Assembly (NCBI RefSeq): GCF_042660085.1
Contig: NZ_JBHSTI010000008.1
Span: forward strand, 1,539,876 to 1,571,875
DNA: 32,000 nucleotides
Origin: Longivirga aurantiaca
Lineage (GTDB): Bacteria; Actinomycetota; Actinomycetes; S36-B12; CAIYMF01
Reading direction: 5' to 3'
Shown here: one piece after another, positions 18,890 to 26,515 of the stretch
How positions within the stretch are numbered: the stretch's first letter is position 1
How the letters are laid out: each line of letters starts with the position of its first letter
Notes under the pieces: generated by a model
Database searches by the model: none
Seen by the model: the letters and a program-made list of their open reading frames with translations, nothing else
Told to the model about the DNA's origin: nothing
Program-made: the position numbers and the translations under genes

Positions 18890-18975
18890 GGTGCGGCCGG
18901 ATTCGGTTGTGGTTGCTGTGGATTTCCCCTGTCGGGTGTCGGTGCGTTGTCGGAGGTGGTTGGCATGATGGGGTC

Positions 18976-20451
18976 ATGTCCCAGGCCACCTTCGTCGATC
19001 CGGCGGTGGAGCTCGCGCGCCTGGTCGCGGGTGCTCGGGGTCTGCTGAGCGAGGCGTCGGTGCTGGCCGGTTCGGGTGCAGTGTCTGAGGTGCAGCTCGC
19101 TGGTCTGCCGGAGCTGACGGCGGAGCTGTTCGCGGTGCGGGACGCCGCCCACGCCCTGGGGACCGTCGCGGTGGATCGCCTGGATGCGTCGGGGGTGCTG
19201 GCGTCGGCGGGGTTCGGGTCGACGACGGCGTTCCTGACCCAGCGCACCGGCATGGCCCCGGGCAGGGCCGGCAGCGTGGTCTCCGGCGCGCGGACGCTGC
19301 GGTCGTATGCCGCGACCCGGGTCGCGCTGGTAGCGGGCCGGGTCACCCCGGACCTGGCCGCTGCCCTGGTGCGCGGGTCGGAGGCGGCGATCGCGGACAA
19401 GACCGACCAGGACCGGGTCCAGTGGCGGGCGTTCTGCGAGGACTACCTCCTCCCCATCGCGGAGCAGGGCTCGGTCGAGGAGGTCGGCGGCGCTGCCGCG
19501 GTGCTGCGGGAGATCCTGGACCCGGAGGCCGCTGCCCGCCGCAAGGAAGAGGCGATGGCCGGCCAGTTCCTCACCGTGACCCAGGTCGGGGACCAGTTCG
19601 TCATCAAGGGTGCCCTCACCCTGGAGGACGGCGCCGCGCTCAAGACGCTGCTCGATCGGATGCGCGACGCGAAGTACCGCACGGGATCCCTGACCCCGGA
19701 CGAGCAGCCCACCGGCGACGCCGCGGTCGACGAGCGCCGCCGCCGGATCGCGGCCGCGCACCAGGACGCCCTGTCGTTGAACCACCTCGTGCAGCTGTGG
19801 CTGGCCAACGGCATGGTCGGCCGCGCCCACGGCGTCCGACCGCACGTCACCATCACCACCAGCGTCGACGACCTCGAGGCGGGGTTCCCCGCCGAGATGA
19901 CCGTCCCCGGGGTCAGCGGCCCGGTGCTGGTGAACGCCGACACGGTGAAACGGATGCTCTGCGACGCCTCAGTCACCGAGATCTCAACAGCCGGGTCCGT
20001 CGCCGATCGGCACGCCCACCACCACGACGGCATCCCCTGCCACGGCGCTGCCCACCACGGACGACACGGCCACGTCCACGGCGTCGTCGGCTGCGAGCTG
20101 CACCCCGGCTCCGCGCGGCTGCTGCGCCGCCGCCACCACGTCTGGGACGAGGGACGCCGCTACCGCACCGTCCCACCCCGCCTGCGCCGCGCGCTGGACC
20201 TCCGCGACCGGCACTGCGCCTTCCCCGGCTGCCGGATCGCGGTCGGGTGGTGCGAGGCCCACCACATCACCGAGTGGGAGCACGGCGGCGCCACCGACCT
20301 CGACAACCTCACGCTGTTGTGCGCGAAGCACCACCACGCGGTGCACGAGGGCGGCTGGACCATCGTGAAGAACCCCGGCATCGACCCGGGATGCCCGACC
20401 TGGCTCACCGTCGACCCACCCGACCCCAGCCCCGTCCGAACCCGGCCCTGA
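18976..20451 (+). CDS. DUF222 + HNH endonuclease protein (13E12-repeat type selfish gene)
   Basis: 491 aa. The long DUF222-like N-terminal region is followed by RDRHCAFPGC...CEAHHITEWEHGG.TDLDNLTLLCAKHHHAVHEGGW (HNH motif). The ATG at 18976 is the first plausible start; the upstream part of the ORF is non-coding-like. Confidence 0.8.
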   Translation: MSQATFVDPAVELARLVAGARGLLSEASVLAGSGAVSEVQLAGLPELTAELFAVRDAAHALGTVAVDRLDASGVLASAGFGSTTAFLTQRTGMAPGRAGSVVSGARTLRSYAATRVALVAGRVTPDLAAALVRGSEAAIADKTDQDRVQWRAFCEDYLLPIAEQGSVEEVGGAAAVLREILDPEAAARRKEEAMAGQFLTVTQVGDQFVIKGALTLEDGAALKTLLDRMRDAKYRTGSLTPDEQPTGDAAVDERRRRIAAAHQDALSLNHLVQLWLANGMVGRAHGVRPHVTITTSVDDLEAGFPAEMTVPGVSGPVLVNADTVKRMLCDASVTEISTAGSVADRHAHHHDGIPCHGAAHHGRHGHVHGVVGCELHPGSARLLRRRHHVWDEGRRYRTVPPRLRRALDLRDRHCAFPGCRIAVGWCEAHHITEWEHGGATDLDNLTLLCAKHHHAVHEGGWTIVKNPGIDPGCPTWLTVDPPDPSPVRTRP

Positions 20452-20668
20452 AGAAGGGCAGCATGACCGCAGCGAGCCCCATCCATCAGATGCAGGGTTC
20501 CATCGTCATGCCCTTAGGTCACGCGCTGTAGAGCATCGCCGTGACCTGATTCCAGGCGAGTGATATCGGTTCCCCTCTGTGTCAAGAGACGGCTTCCGCG
20601 AGGGGTCTGGAAGCGCGCGATTCTCCGTTGTGTCTAGAGCGACAGCAGTGCCCGGATTGCGTGACCTA

Positions 20669-21211
20669 CTACGTCGTTGAGGGTAGCGAGACGCTGCCAT
20701 AGCCGGGCACCGACAACGTGACGAGGGTGTGACCGCCAGCGTCGAACAGGGTCACCGGGACCGACTCCCATATGTCAGGAGCGTGCATCGTCGTTGCGTC
20801 ACATCCGGAGACCGTGTTGCCCAGACCTGCGGTGAGGGACCCGTACAAGGCACCTGTGCTGTCGGTTGCCTGGGTTAGCTCGCAGGAGTACTGGGCGGGA
20901 ACGGATTCCTCGTTCCTGACTCGGAGTTGCACCACGCAGTCGCTGGAGTCACAGCGCATCGAATCGACGGCGACCGTGAACTTGGCTGATCCCAGTCCGT
21001 ACTCCGAGGGCGACGTCGGGTTCGGTCCGAACTCCATCCAAACGCGGTCCATAGTGGCGGGCACGGTGGCTCCCACGGGGCGAGTAGGACCCCACGACTC
21101 CGAACTGCCGCAACCAGCCGCAATCCCTACGAGAGCAACTAGGCAGACGACGAACAAGATCGGTGTGTGGCCACGCACCAGTGTCCCAGTTCCGGTACTT
21201 GTCCCAACCAT
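20669..21211 (-). CDS. Cys-rich lipoprotein of unknown function (possibly DUF4352-like beta-sandwich)
   Basis: The signal peptide plus lipobox is ...HTPILFVVCLVALVGIAAGC, and the mature part has five further Cys. GC is lower and codons are atypical. The start is uncertain: ATG 21211, an internal GTG, or TTG 21337. Confidence 0.55.
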   Translation of the reverse strand: MVGTSTGTGTLVRGHTPILFVVCLVALVGIAAGCGSSESWGPTRPVGATVPATMDRVWMEFGPNPTSPSEYGLGSAKFTVAVDSMRCDSSDCVVQLRVRNEESVPAQYSCELTQATDSTGALYGSLTAGLGNTVSGCDATTMHAPDIWESVPVTLFDAGGHTLVTLSVPGYGSVSLPSTT

Positions 21212-21300
21212 GGCAAACCCCGCAATGCCTAGCGGCGCGTCGCCGAGCCAGCCCGAGAGATGCACCGCACCAACTACATCTTGCTCCGAGGCCTCAGGCG

Positions 21301-21342
21301 AACGCGAACGCGACCGCAACCGCAACGGCAACCGCAAGCGCA
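21301..21342. repeat. imperfect hexanucleotide tandem repeat (AACGCG/ACCGCA type, 7 units)
   Basis: The units read aacgcg aacgcg accgca accgca acggca accgca agcgca. The repeat lies in the serB-lipoprotein spacer. Confidence 0.85.
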
Positions 21343-21382
21343 GCCTAATGCAGGGTATTGGGCGAGGATTCGGGGCCGTCGG

Positions 21383-22627
21383 TCAACGGACCGGGGGAGC
21401 GGGGGTCGGGGTGCCGGCCTCGGCGTCGGCCTGCTCGATCTCCTCGCGGGTGATGCCGAGCAGGTAGAGCACGGGGTCGAGGAACGGCACGGTGAGTCCG
21501 GTGTCGGCCTGTGCACGGACGACGGGCTTGGCGTTGAACGCGATCCCGAGCCCGGCGGCCGCGAGCATGTCGAGGTCGTTGGCGCCGTCGCCGATCGCTA
21601 CCGTGCGGTCCATCGGGATGCCCTCGAGCGCCGCGAACTCGCGCAGCGCCTCGGCCTTGGCGGCGCGGTCGACCACGGCCCCGACCACGCGGCCGGTGAG
21701 CACGCCGTCGACCACCTCGAGCACGTTGGCGCGCGCGTGGTGGATGCCGAGCTCCTCGGCGAGCGGGTCGACGACGGCGGAGAAGCCACCGGACACGACT
21801 GCCACGCGGAAGCCGAGACGCGTCAGAGTCCGCACGAGGGTGCGAGCGCCCGGTGTGAGGCGGACAGCCGAGCGCACCTCGGCCAGTGCCGACTCCGGCA
21901 CGCCGGCGAGCAGAGCCACGCGGGCGTGCAGCGACTCGGCGAAGTCGAGCTCGCCGCGCATCGCGCGCTCGGTCACCTCGCGCACCTCGGCCTCGCAGCC
22001 GGCGTGGTGCGCGATGAGCTCGATCACCTCGTCCTGGATCAGAGTCGAGTCGACGTCCATCACCACGAGGTAGGTGCCCCGCCCGCGGAGGCCACGACGC
22101 TGGACGGCGACGTCGACCCCGAGCGCTGCCGACTCGACCGCCAGGGCCTCGCGCAGCTCCTGCTGGTCGGCGCCCGACACCGACAGCTCGATCGCTGTCA
22201 CGGGGTACGCCGCGGTGCGCACGATGCGGTCGATGTTGCCCCCGAGCGCCGAGATGCGGCGCGTGATGCCCGACAGCGCGGACGGCAGCAGCGGATGCCC
22301 GAGCACCGTGACGAGCAGCCGTCCGCGACGGCCAGGGACGTGCTCGGCCGCGCCGAGCACGACATCGGCGTCCATCTCCAGCGACGCGGCGACCTCGCGC
22401 GCAGTGTCCGCGGCGGCGTCGAGCACGAGCGCGGAGCCGTGCTCGACGGTCGGCCCCACGAGGACTCCGAGAGTGAGTCGCCCGCGGATGACGACCTGCT
22501 CGGCGTCGAGGATCTCGAGGTCGTGGGCCGCCAGCGCACCGGTGAGCGTCGCGGTCACGCCCGGGCGGTCGCGGCCGGTGAGGGTGATGAGGAGCGTGCG
22601 CGGCTGCTCGTCGGCGTCGTGGTCCAT
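21383..22627 (-). CDS. serB: phosphoserine phosphatase SerB with N-terminal ACT domains
   Basis: 414 aa. Two ACT-like repeats (LITLTGRDRPGVTA..., LVTVLGHP...) are followed by the HAD core VVMDVDSTLIQDEVIE, GGF and GDGANDLDML. Confidence 0.9.
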   Translation of the reverse strand: MDHDADEQPRTLLITLTGRDRPGVTATLTGALAAHDLEILDAEQVVIRGRLTLGVLVGPTVEHGSALVLDAAADTAREVAASLEMDADVVLGAAEHVPGRRGRLLVTVLGHPLLPSALSGITRRISALGGNIDRIVRTAAYPVTAIELSVSGADQQELREALAVESAALGVDVAVQRRGLRGRGTYLVVMDVDSTLIQDEVIELIAHHAGCEAEVREVTERAMRGELDFAESLHARVALLAGVPESALAEVRSAVRLTPGARTLVRTLTRLGFRVAVVSGGFSAVVDPLAEELGIHHARANVLEVVDGVLTGRVVGAVVDRAAKAEALREFAALEGIPMDRTVAIGDGANDLDMLAAAGLGIAFNAKPVVRAQADTGLTVPFLDPVLYLLGITREEIEQADAEAGTPTPAPPVR

Positions 22628-22640
22628 CTCGTCGCCGAGC

Positions 22641-23453
22641 CTAACGATCGGAGTGCCAGGCCTTCCGGGGAGGCTCGGGCTCGGCCTGCGCCGAGCAGGC
22701 GGCGCACAGCGCGTGCCGGGCCGCGGCCCGCAGCGGGCGGAGCGTCTCGGCCCGAGCGGCGATCTCGGCTGCGGTCACGGCTGCGCCCTCGGTCGAGGCG
22801 GCGACCTGCAGGATGCCGAGCAGGCGCGCGGCCTGCACGACCGAGCGCTGGGCTCTAGCCGGCAGCGACGGCGGCAGGTCGATGCGCGAGACGTCCTTCT
22901 CCACGCCGCGGAGCCTGCCCGCGACGTCGTCGCGACCCCGTGCGAGGTCCATCGACACGAGCGCCGCAGTGGCGTCGCGCAGTGCGTCGGCGAGCGCGCG
23001 CTCGGCCTCCGACATGGTCGGGAGGCCGTGCGGGTGCACGGAGTACGCCACCTCGCGCACGTCCCAGCGCACCACGTCGCCTGCCTCGCTCGGCGCCGAC
23101 GTCGGCAGCAGCGCCCAGTGCGGCGTGGCGGGGCCCGTCACCGTGATCACCGCCTCCCCAGCGGCCGTGGCATCGGCGTTCACCGCGGGCGGGCCGGGGA
23201 GCCCCACCGGGTCGCCGGGCTCGGGCAGAACCACGCGCAGCGCCGTCACGCCCGCAGCGCGCAGCCGACCGAGTGCCAGGCCGACCGGCACGACGTCGTC
23301 CTCGCCGGGCACGCCGAGGACTCGGTGCAGCGCGTCGGGCCCGACTGCGTGCAGCGCGGCGTCCTCGACCGTCGTGGCACCCGACAGGTAGGCGTTCCCC
23401 CAGAGCGTGAGGAGGGCGGCACGGGGGAGTGCGGCACGTCGGTCCGAGGGCAC
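22641..23453 (-). CDS. conserved hypothetical protein, first gene of the serB operon
   Basis: 270 aa with high GC3. It starts at a GTG with TAGGGT 6 nt upstream and ends 13 nt before serB. I recognise no motif. Confidence 0.55.
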   Translation of the reverse strand: MPSDRRAALPRAALLTLWGNAYLSGATTVEDAALHAVGPDALHRVLGVPGEDDVVPVGLALGRLRAAGVTALRVVLPEPGDPVGLPGPPAVNADATAAGEAVITVTGPATPHWALLPTSAPSEAGDVVRWDVREVAYSVHPHGLPTMSEAERALADALRDATAALVSMDLARGRDDVAGRLRGVEKDVSRIDLPPSLPARAQRSVVQAARLLGILQVAASTEGAAVTAAEIAARAETLRPLRAAARHALCAACSAQAEPEPPRKAWHSDR

Positions 23454-23459
23454 CCCGCA

Positions 23460-23465
23460 ACCCTA
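23460..23465 (-). promoter_or_regulatory. -10-like TAGGGT for leaderless transcript of the 22641..23453 gene
   Basis: On the minus strand this reads TAGGGT-tgcggg-GTG, with a 6-nt spacer. It is the mirror image of the hexamer at 23485-23490. Confidence 0.45.
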
Positions 23466-23484
23466 GGACGACGCCCGCGACCCG

Positions 23485-23490
23485 TAGGGT
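23485..23490 (+). promoter_or_regulatory. -10-like TAGGGT for leaderless transcript of the ABC ATPase gene
   Basis: This reads TAGGGT-tcggcac-GTG, with a 7-nt spacer. Confidence 0.45.
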
Positions 23491-23497
23491 TCGGCAC

Positions 23498-24280
23498 GTG
23501 AGCGACGTCCTGCGGTTCCTGAACGTCGACGTCGTGCGCGGTGGCGTGCCGATCGTCGACAAGGTGAGCTGGGACGTCGCCGAGGGCGAGCGCTGGGCCG
23601 TGCTCGGCCCGAACGGCGCGGGCAAGACCACGCTGCTCGCGATCGCCGCCACCCTGATCCACCCGACCCGCGGCACGGCCGAGGTGCTCGACGAGACGCT
23701 CGGCCGCACCGACGTCTTCGAGCTGCGCCCCCGCATCGGAGTCGCGAGCCCGACCCTGAGCGAGTACATACCCGACGACGAGATCGTGGCCGACGTGGTC
23801 GTCACCGCGGCGTACGCCGTGGCGGGCCGCTGGCGCGAGCGGTACGAGGTCGACGACCACGGCCGGGCGCAGGGGCTGCTCGACCAGCTCGGCGTGGGTC
23901 ACCTGGTCCGCCGCACGATCGGCACCCTGTCGGAGGGGGAGCGCAAGCGGGTCCTGGTGGCCCGCGCGCTCATGACCGACCCCGAGCTGCTGCTCCTCGA
24001 CGAGCCCGCCGCCGGCCTCGACCTCGGTGGCCGCGAGGACCTCGTGCGACGGCTCGGCGAGATCGCCAACGACCCCTACGCGCCCACGACCGTGCTGGTC
24101 ACCCATCACGTCGAGGAGATCCCGTCCGGGTTCACCCACGGGATGCTGCTGCGCCAGGGCGCCGTCGTGGCCCAGGGGGTCCTGCACGAGGTTCTGACGG
24201 CGGACAACCTGTCCGCCACCTTCGGGCTGCCGCTCATGGTGGAGTTCCGCGGCGACCGCTGGTGGGCCCGCGCCGTCTGA
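23498..24280 (+). CDS. stand-alone ABC transporter ATP-binding protein (no adjacent permease)
   Basis: Walker A is GPNGAGKTT, signature LSEGERKR, Walker B LLLLDEPAAGLD, and the H-loop is VTHH. The start is trimmed to the GTG at 23498. Confidence 0.85.
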   Translation: MSDVLRFLNVDVVRGGVPIVDKVSWDVAEGERWAVLGPNGAGKTTLLAIAATLIHPTRGTAEVLDETLGRTDVFELRPRIGVASPTLSEYIPDDEIVADVVVTAAYAVAGRWRERYEVDDHGRAQGLLDQLGVGHLVRRTIGTLSEGERKRVLVARALMTDPELLLLDEPAAGLDLGGREDLVRRLGEIANDPYAPTTVLVTHHVEEIPSGFTHGMLLRQGAVVAQGVLHEVLTADNLSATFGLPLMVEFRGDRWWARAV

Positions 24281-24342
24281 GGCGCATCCGCCGTACGGCC
24301 GGTGTCGGGCGAATCCTGCACGGCGCCGGGAGCGGACGGATC

Positions 24343-24348
24343 TAGGAT
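24343..24348 (+). promoter_or_regulatory. -10-like TAGGAT for leaderless nfeD-SPFH transcript
   Basis: This reads TAGGAT-cagggc-ATG, with a 6-nt spacer. Confidence 0.45.
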
Positions 24349-24354
24349 CAGGGC

Positions 24355-24777
24355 ATGGAACCGTGGGTGTGGTGGTTGATCGCGACCGGTCTGCTCCTGG
24401 TCGGTGAGATGCTCACGACCACGCTGGTGCTGGCGATGATCGCGGGCGGCACCGCGGCAGCGACCGTGGTCGCGGCGGCCGGGGGAGGCCCGGCTCTGCA
24501 GTTCGGCATCTTCGCCATCGTCGCGCTGGGCCTGCTCTTCGTCGTACGCCCCATCGCGCGCAAGCACCGCAAGCAGCCGCCCTCGATCCGCACGGGCGTC
24601 GACGCCCTCGCCGGCAGCGACGCCGAGGTGGTCGAGCAGGTGACCGGGCGCGACGGCCGCGTGAAGATCGGCGGCGAGACCTGGTCGGCCCGAGCCATCG
24701 ACGCCGACCGCGTCATCGCAGCCGGCGAGATGGTTCGGGTCATCAAGATCGACGGCGCGACCGCGCTCGTCGACTAG
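24355..24777 (+). CDS. NfeD family membrane protein
   Basis: 140 aa. Hydrophobic helices in the N-terminal half are followed by a C-terminal OB-like domain (GRVKIGGETWSARA...GEMVRVIKIDGATALV). It lies upstream of an SPFH gene, the classic pairing. Confidence 0.8.
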   Translation: MEPWVWWLIATGLLLVGEMLTTTLVLAMIAGGTAAATVVAAAGGGPALQFGIFAIVALGLLFVVRPIARKHRKQPPSIRTGVDALAGSDAEVVEQVTGRDGRVKIGGETWSARAIDADRVIAAGEMVRVIKIDGATALVD

Positions 24778-24857
24778 ATCGCACACCGCACGGCACGTCC
24801 GCCGACCGGCGGGACGGGGATCGGGCGCACGTCGCGCCGAGAAGGGGAGTTCCAGCC

Positions 24858-25754
24858 ATGGAGATCGGAAGCCTTGTAGCGGTGGTGATCGCGCTCGTCA
24901 TCGTGCTGTTCGTGATCGTCACGCTCGCCAAGGCCGTGCGCATCGTGCCCCAGGCACGCGCGGGCATCGTCGAGCGGCTCGGGCGCTACAGCCGCACCCT
25001 CAACCCCGGCCTCTCGCTGCTGGTGCCCTACATCGACCGGCTCAAGCCGCTCGTCGACATGCGCGAGCAGGTCGTCTCGTTCCCGCCCTCGTCGGTCATC
25101 ACGCAGGACAACCTCGTCGTGAACATCGACTCGGTCATCTACTTCCAGGTCACCGACCCGAAGGCCGCGATGTACGAGATCGCGAGCCCCATCACGGGCA
25201 TCGAGCAGCTCACGGTGACCACGCTGCGCAACGTCATCGGCGGCATGGACCTCGAGCAGACCCTCACCTCGCGCGAGTCCATCAACAACGCGCTGCGCGG
25301 CGTCCTCGACGAGGCCACCGGCAAGTGGGGCATCCGCGTCAACCGCGTGGAGCTCAAGGCGATCGACCCGCCCGCGAGCGTGCAGGAGTCGATGGAGAAG
25401 CAGATGCGCGCCGAGCGCGAGAAGCGTGCGGCGATCCTCACCGCCGAGGGCTTCAAGCAGTCGCAGATCCTCACGGCCGAGGGTGAGAAGACCTCCGCGA
25501 TCCTGCGCGCCGAGGGTGACGCCCAGTCGCAGATCCTGCGCGCCGAGGGCGAGGCCCAGGCCATCCAGAAGGTCTTCGACGCCATCCACGCCGGCGGCGC
25601 CGACGACCAGGTGCTGGCCTACCAGTACCTCCAGGCCCTCCCGTCGATCGCCAACGGCACCGCCAACAAGGTGTGGGTCGTGCCGGCGGAGCTGTCGAAG
25701 GCGATGGAGAACCTCGGCTCTGCGTTCACCCGCAACGACGCCCCGAAGGGCTGA
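24858..25754 (+). CDS. SPFH/band-7 (stomatin-like) protein
   Basis: 298 aa with a GAAGGGGAG SD. An N-terminal TM is followed by VRIVPQARAGIVERLGRY...D.LVVNIDSVIYFQV and a coiled-coil EAEG-rich region. Confidence 0.9.
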   Translation: MEIGSLVAVVIALVIVLFVIVTLAKAVRIVPQARAGIVERLGRYSRTLNPGLSLLVPYIDRLKPLVDMREQVVSFPPSSVITQDNLVVNIDSVIYFQVTDPKAAMYEIASPITGIEQLTVTTLRNVIGGMDLEQTLTSRESINNALRGVLDEATGKWGIRVNRVELKAIDPPASVQESMEKQMRAEREKRAAILTAEGFKQSQILTAEGEKTSAILRAEGDAQSQILRAEGEAQAIQKVFDAIHAGGADDQVLAYQYLQALPSIANGTANKVWVVPAELSKAMENLGSAFTRNDAPKG

Positions 25755-25765
25755 CACCAGCACCC

Positions 25766-26515
25766 GTGGAGCTGCTCCTCCTGGTCGGCGCCGGCATCGT
25801 GGCCGGCGCCGTGAACGCCGCGGTGGGGAGCGGCACGCTGCTGACGTACCCGCTGCTGCTCGCGTACGGGCTCCCACCCGTCGTGGCCAACGGCACCAAC
25901 AGCGCCGGCCTGGCGCCCGGCAACCTGTTCGGCGCGTTCGGCTACCGGCGCCAGATGGCAGGGCGGCGCCGCGAGGTGGTGCCGCTCGCCGTCACCGTCG
26001 GATCGGGCGCGCTCGTCGGCGCGATCCTCGTGGTGGCCCTCCCGGCCAGCGTGTTCGAGCGCATCGTGCCGTGGTTCATCCTGCTGGCGTGCCTGCTCGT
26101 GCTGGTGGGCCCGCGGGTCACCGCGACGCTGAAGTCCCGCGGCGTCGACCCCACCACGCTGCCGCGCCACGTGCTGCTGCCGGTCCTCCTGGTGGTGGGC
26201 CTCTACGCGGGCTACTTCGGGGCCGCCCAGGGGATCATCCTCGTGGCCGCGCTGACGGTGCTCTTCGACGTCGACCTGCAGCGCTCGAACGCCGTGAAGA
26301 ACGTGCTGCAGGGCGTCTCGAACGGCGTGGCCGCAGCCGTCTTCGCCATCGCCGGGGCAGTCGCGTGGGCGCCGGCTCTCGCGCTCGCGCTCGGTGCCTC
26401 GGTCGGGGGAGCGGTGGGCGCGCCCGTCGCGCGCCGCCTGCCCACTGCCGCGCTGCGCGGGCTCATCGTCGTCGTCGGCGTCGTGGCCGCCGTCGTCAGC
26501 CTGAGGAACCTCTAG
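25766..26515 (+). CDS. TauE/SafE (TSUP) family anion exporter
   Basis: 249 aa from the GTG at 25766. It is polytopic and Gly-rich, with GAVNAAVGSGTLLTYPLL and a repeated half. Confidence 0.75.
   Translation: MELLLLVGAGIVAGAVNAAVGSGTLLTYPLLLAYGLPPVVANGTNSAGLAPGNLFGAFGYRRQMAGRRREVVPLAVTVGSGALVGAILVVALPASVFERIVPWFILLACLLVLVGPRVTATLKSRGVDPTTLPRHVLLPVLLVVGLYAGYFGAAQGIILVAALTVLFDVDLQRSNAVKNVLQGVSNGVAAAVFAIAGAVAWAPALALALGASVGGAVGAPVARRLPTAALRGLIVVVGVVAAVVSLRNL

Noticed and set aside
20463-20700. Small ORFs in the HNH-lipoprotein spacer (22-aa MTAASPIHQMQGSIVMPLGHAL on plus; 64-aa ORF 20506..20700 on minus)
   Set aside because: Neither has an SD or a leaderless box. The minus ORF is Arg/Ser-rich, and it overlaps the lipoprotein 3' end. 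Neither has a recognisable motif.
18700-21400. Prophage, IS or integrative element interpretation of the accessory stretch
   Set aside because: There is no integrase, transposase, tRNA target or flanking direct repeats. Only a solitary DUF222-HNH gene and one cargo-like lipoprotein gene are present. I report it as an islet of uncertain origin instead.
20772-21467. 231-aa plus-strand ORF opposite the lipoprotein gene
   Set aside because: It runs antisense through the lipoprotein gene, the hexamer repeat and into serB, and has no protein-like features. The minus-strand reading has a textbook lipoprotein signal peptide.
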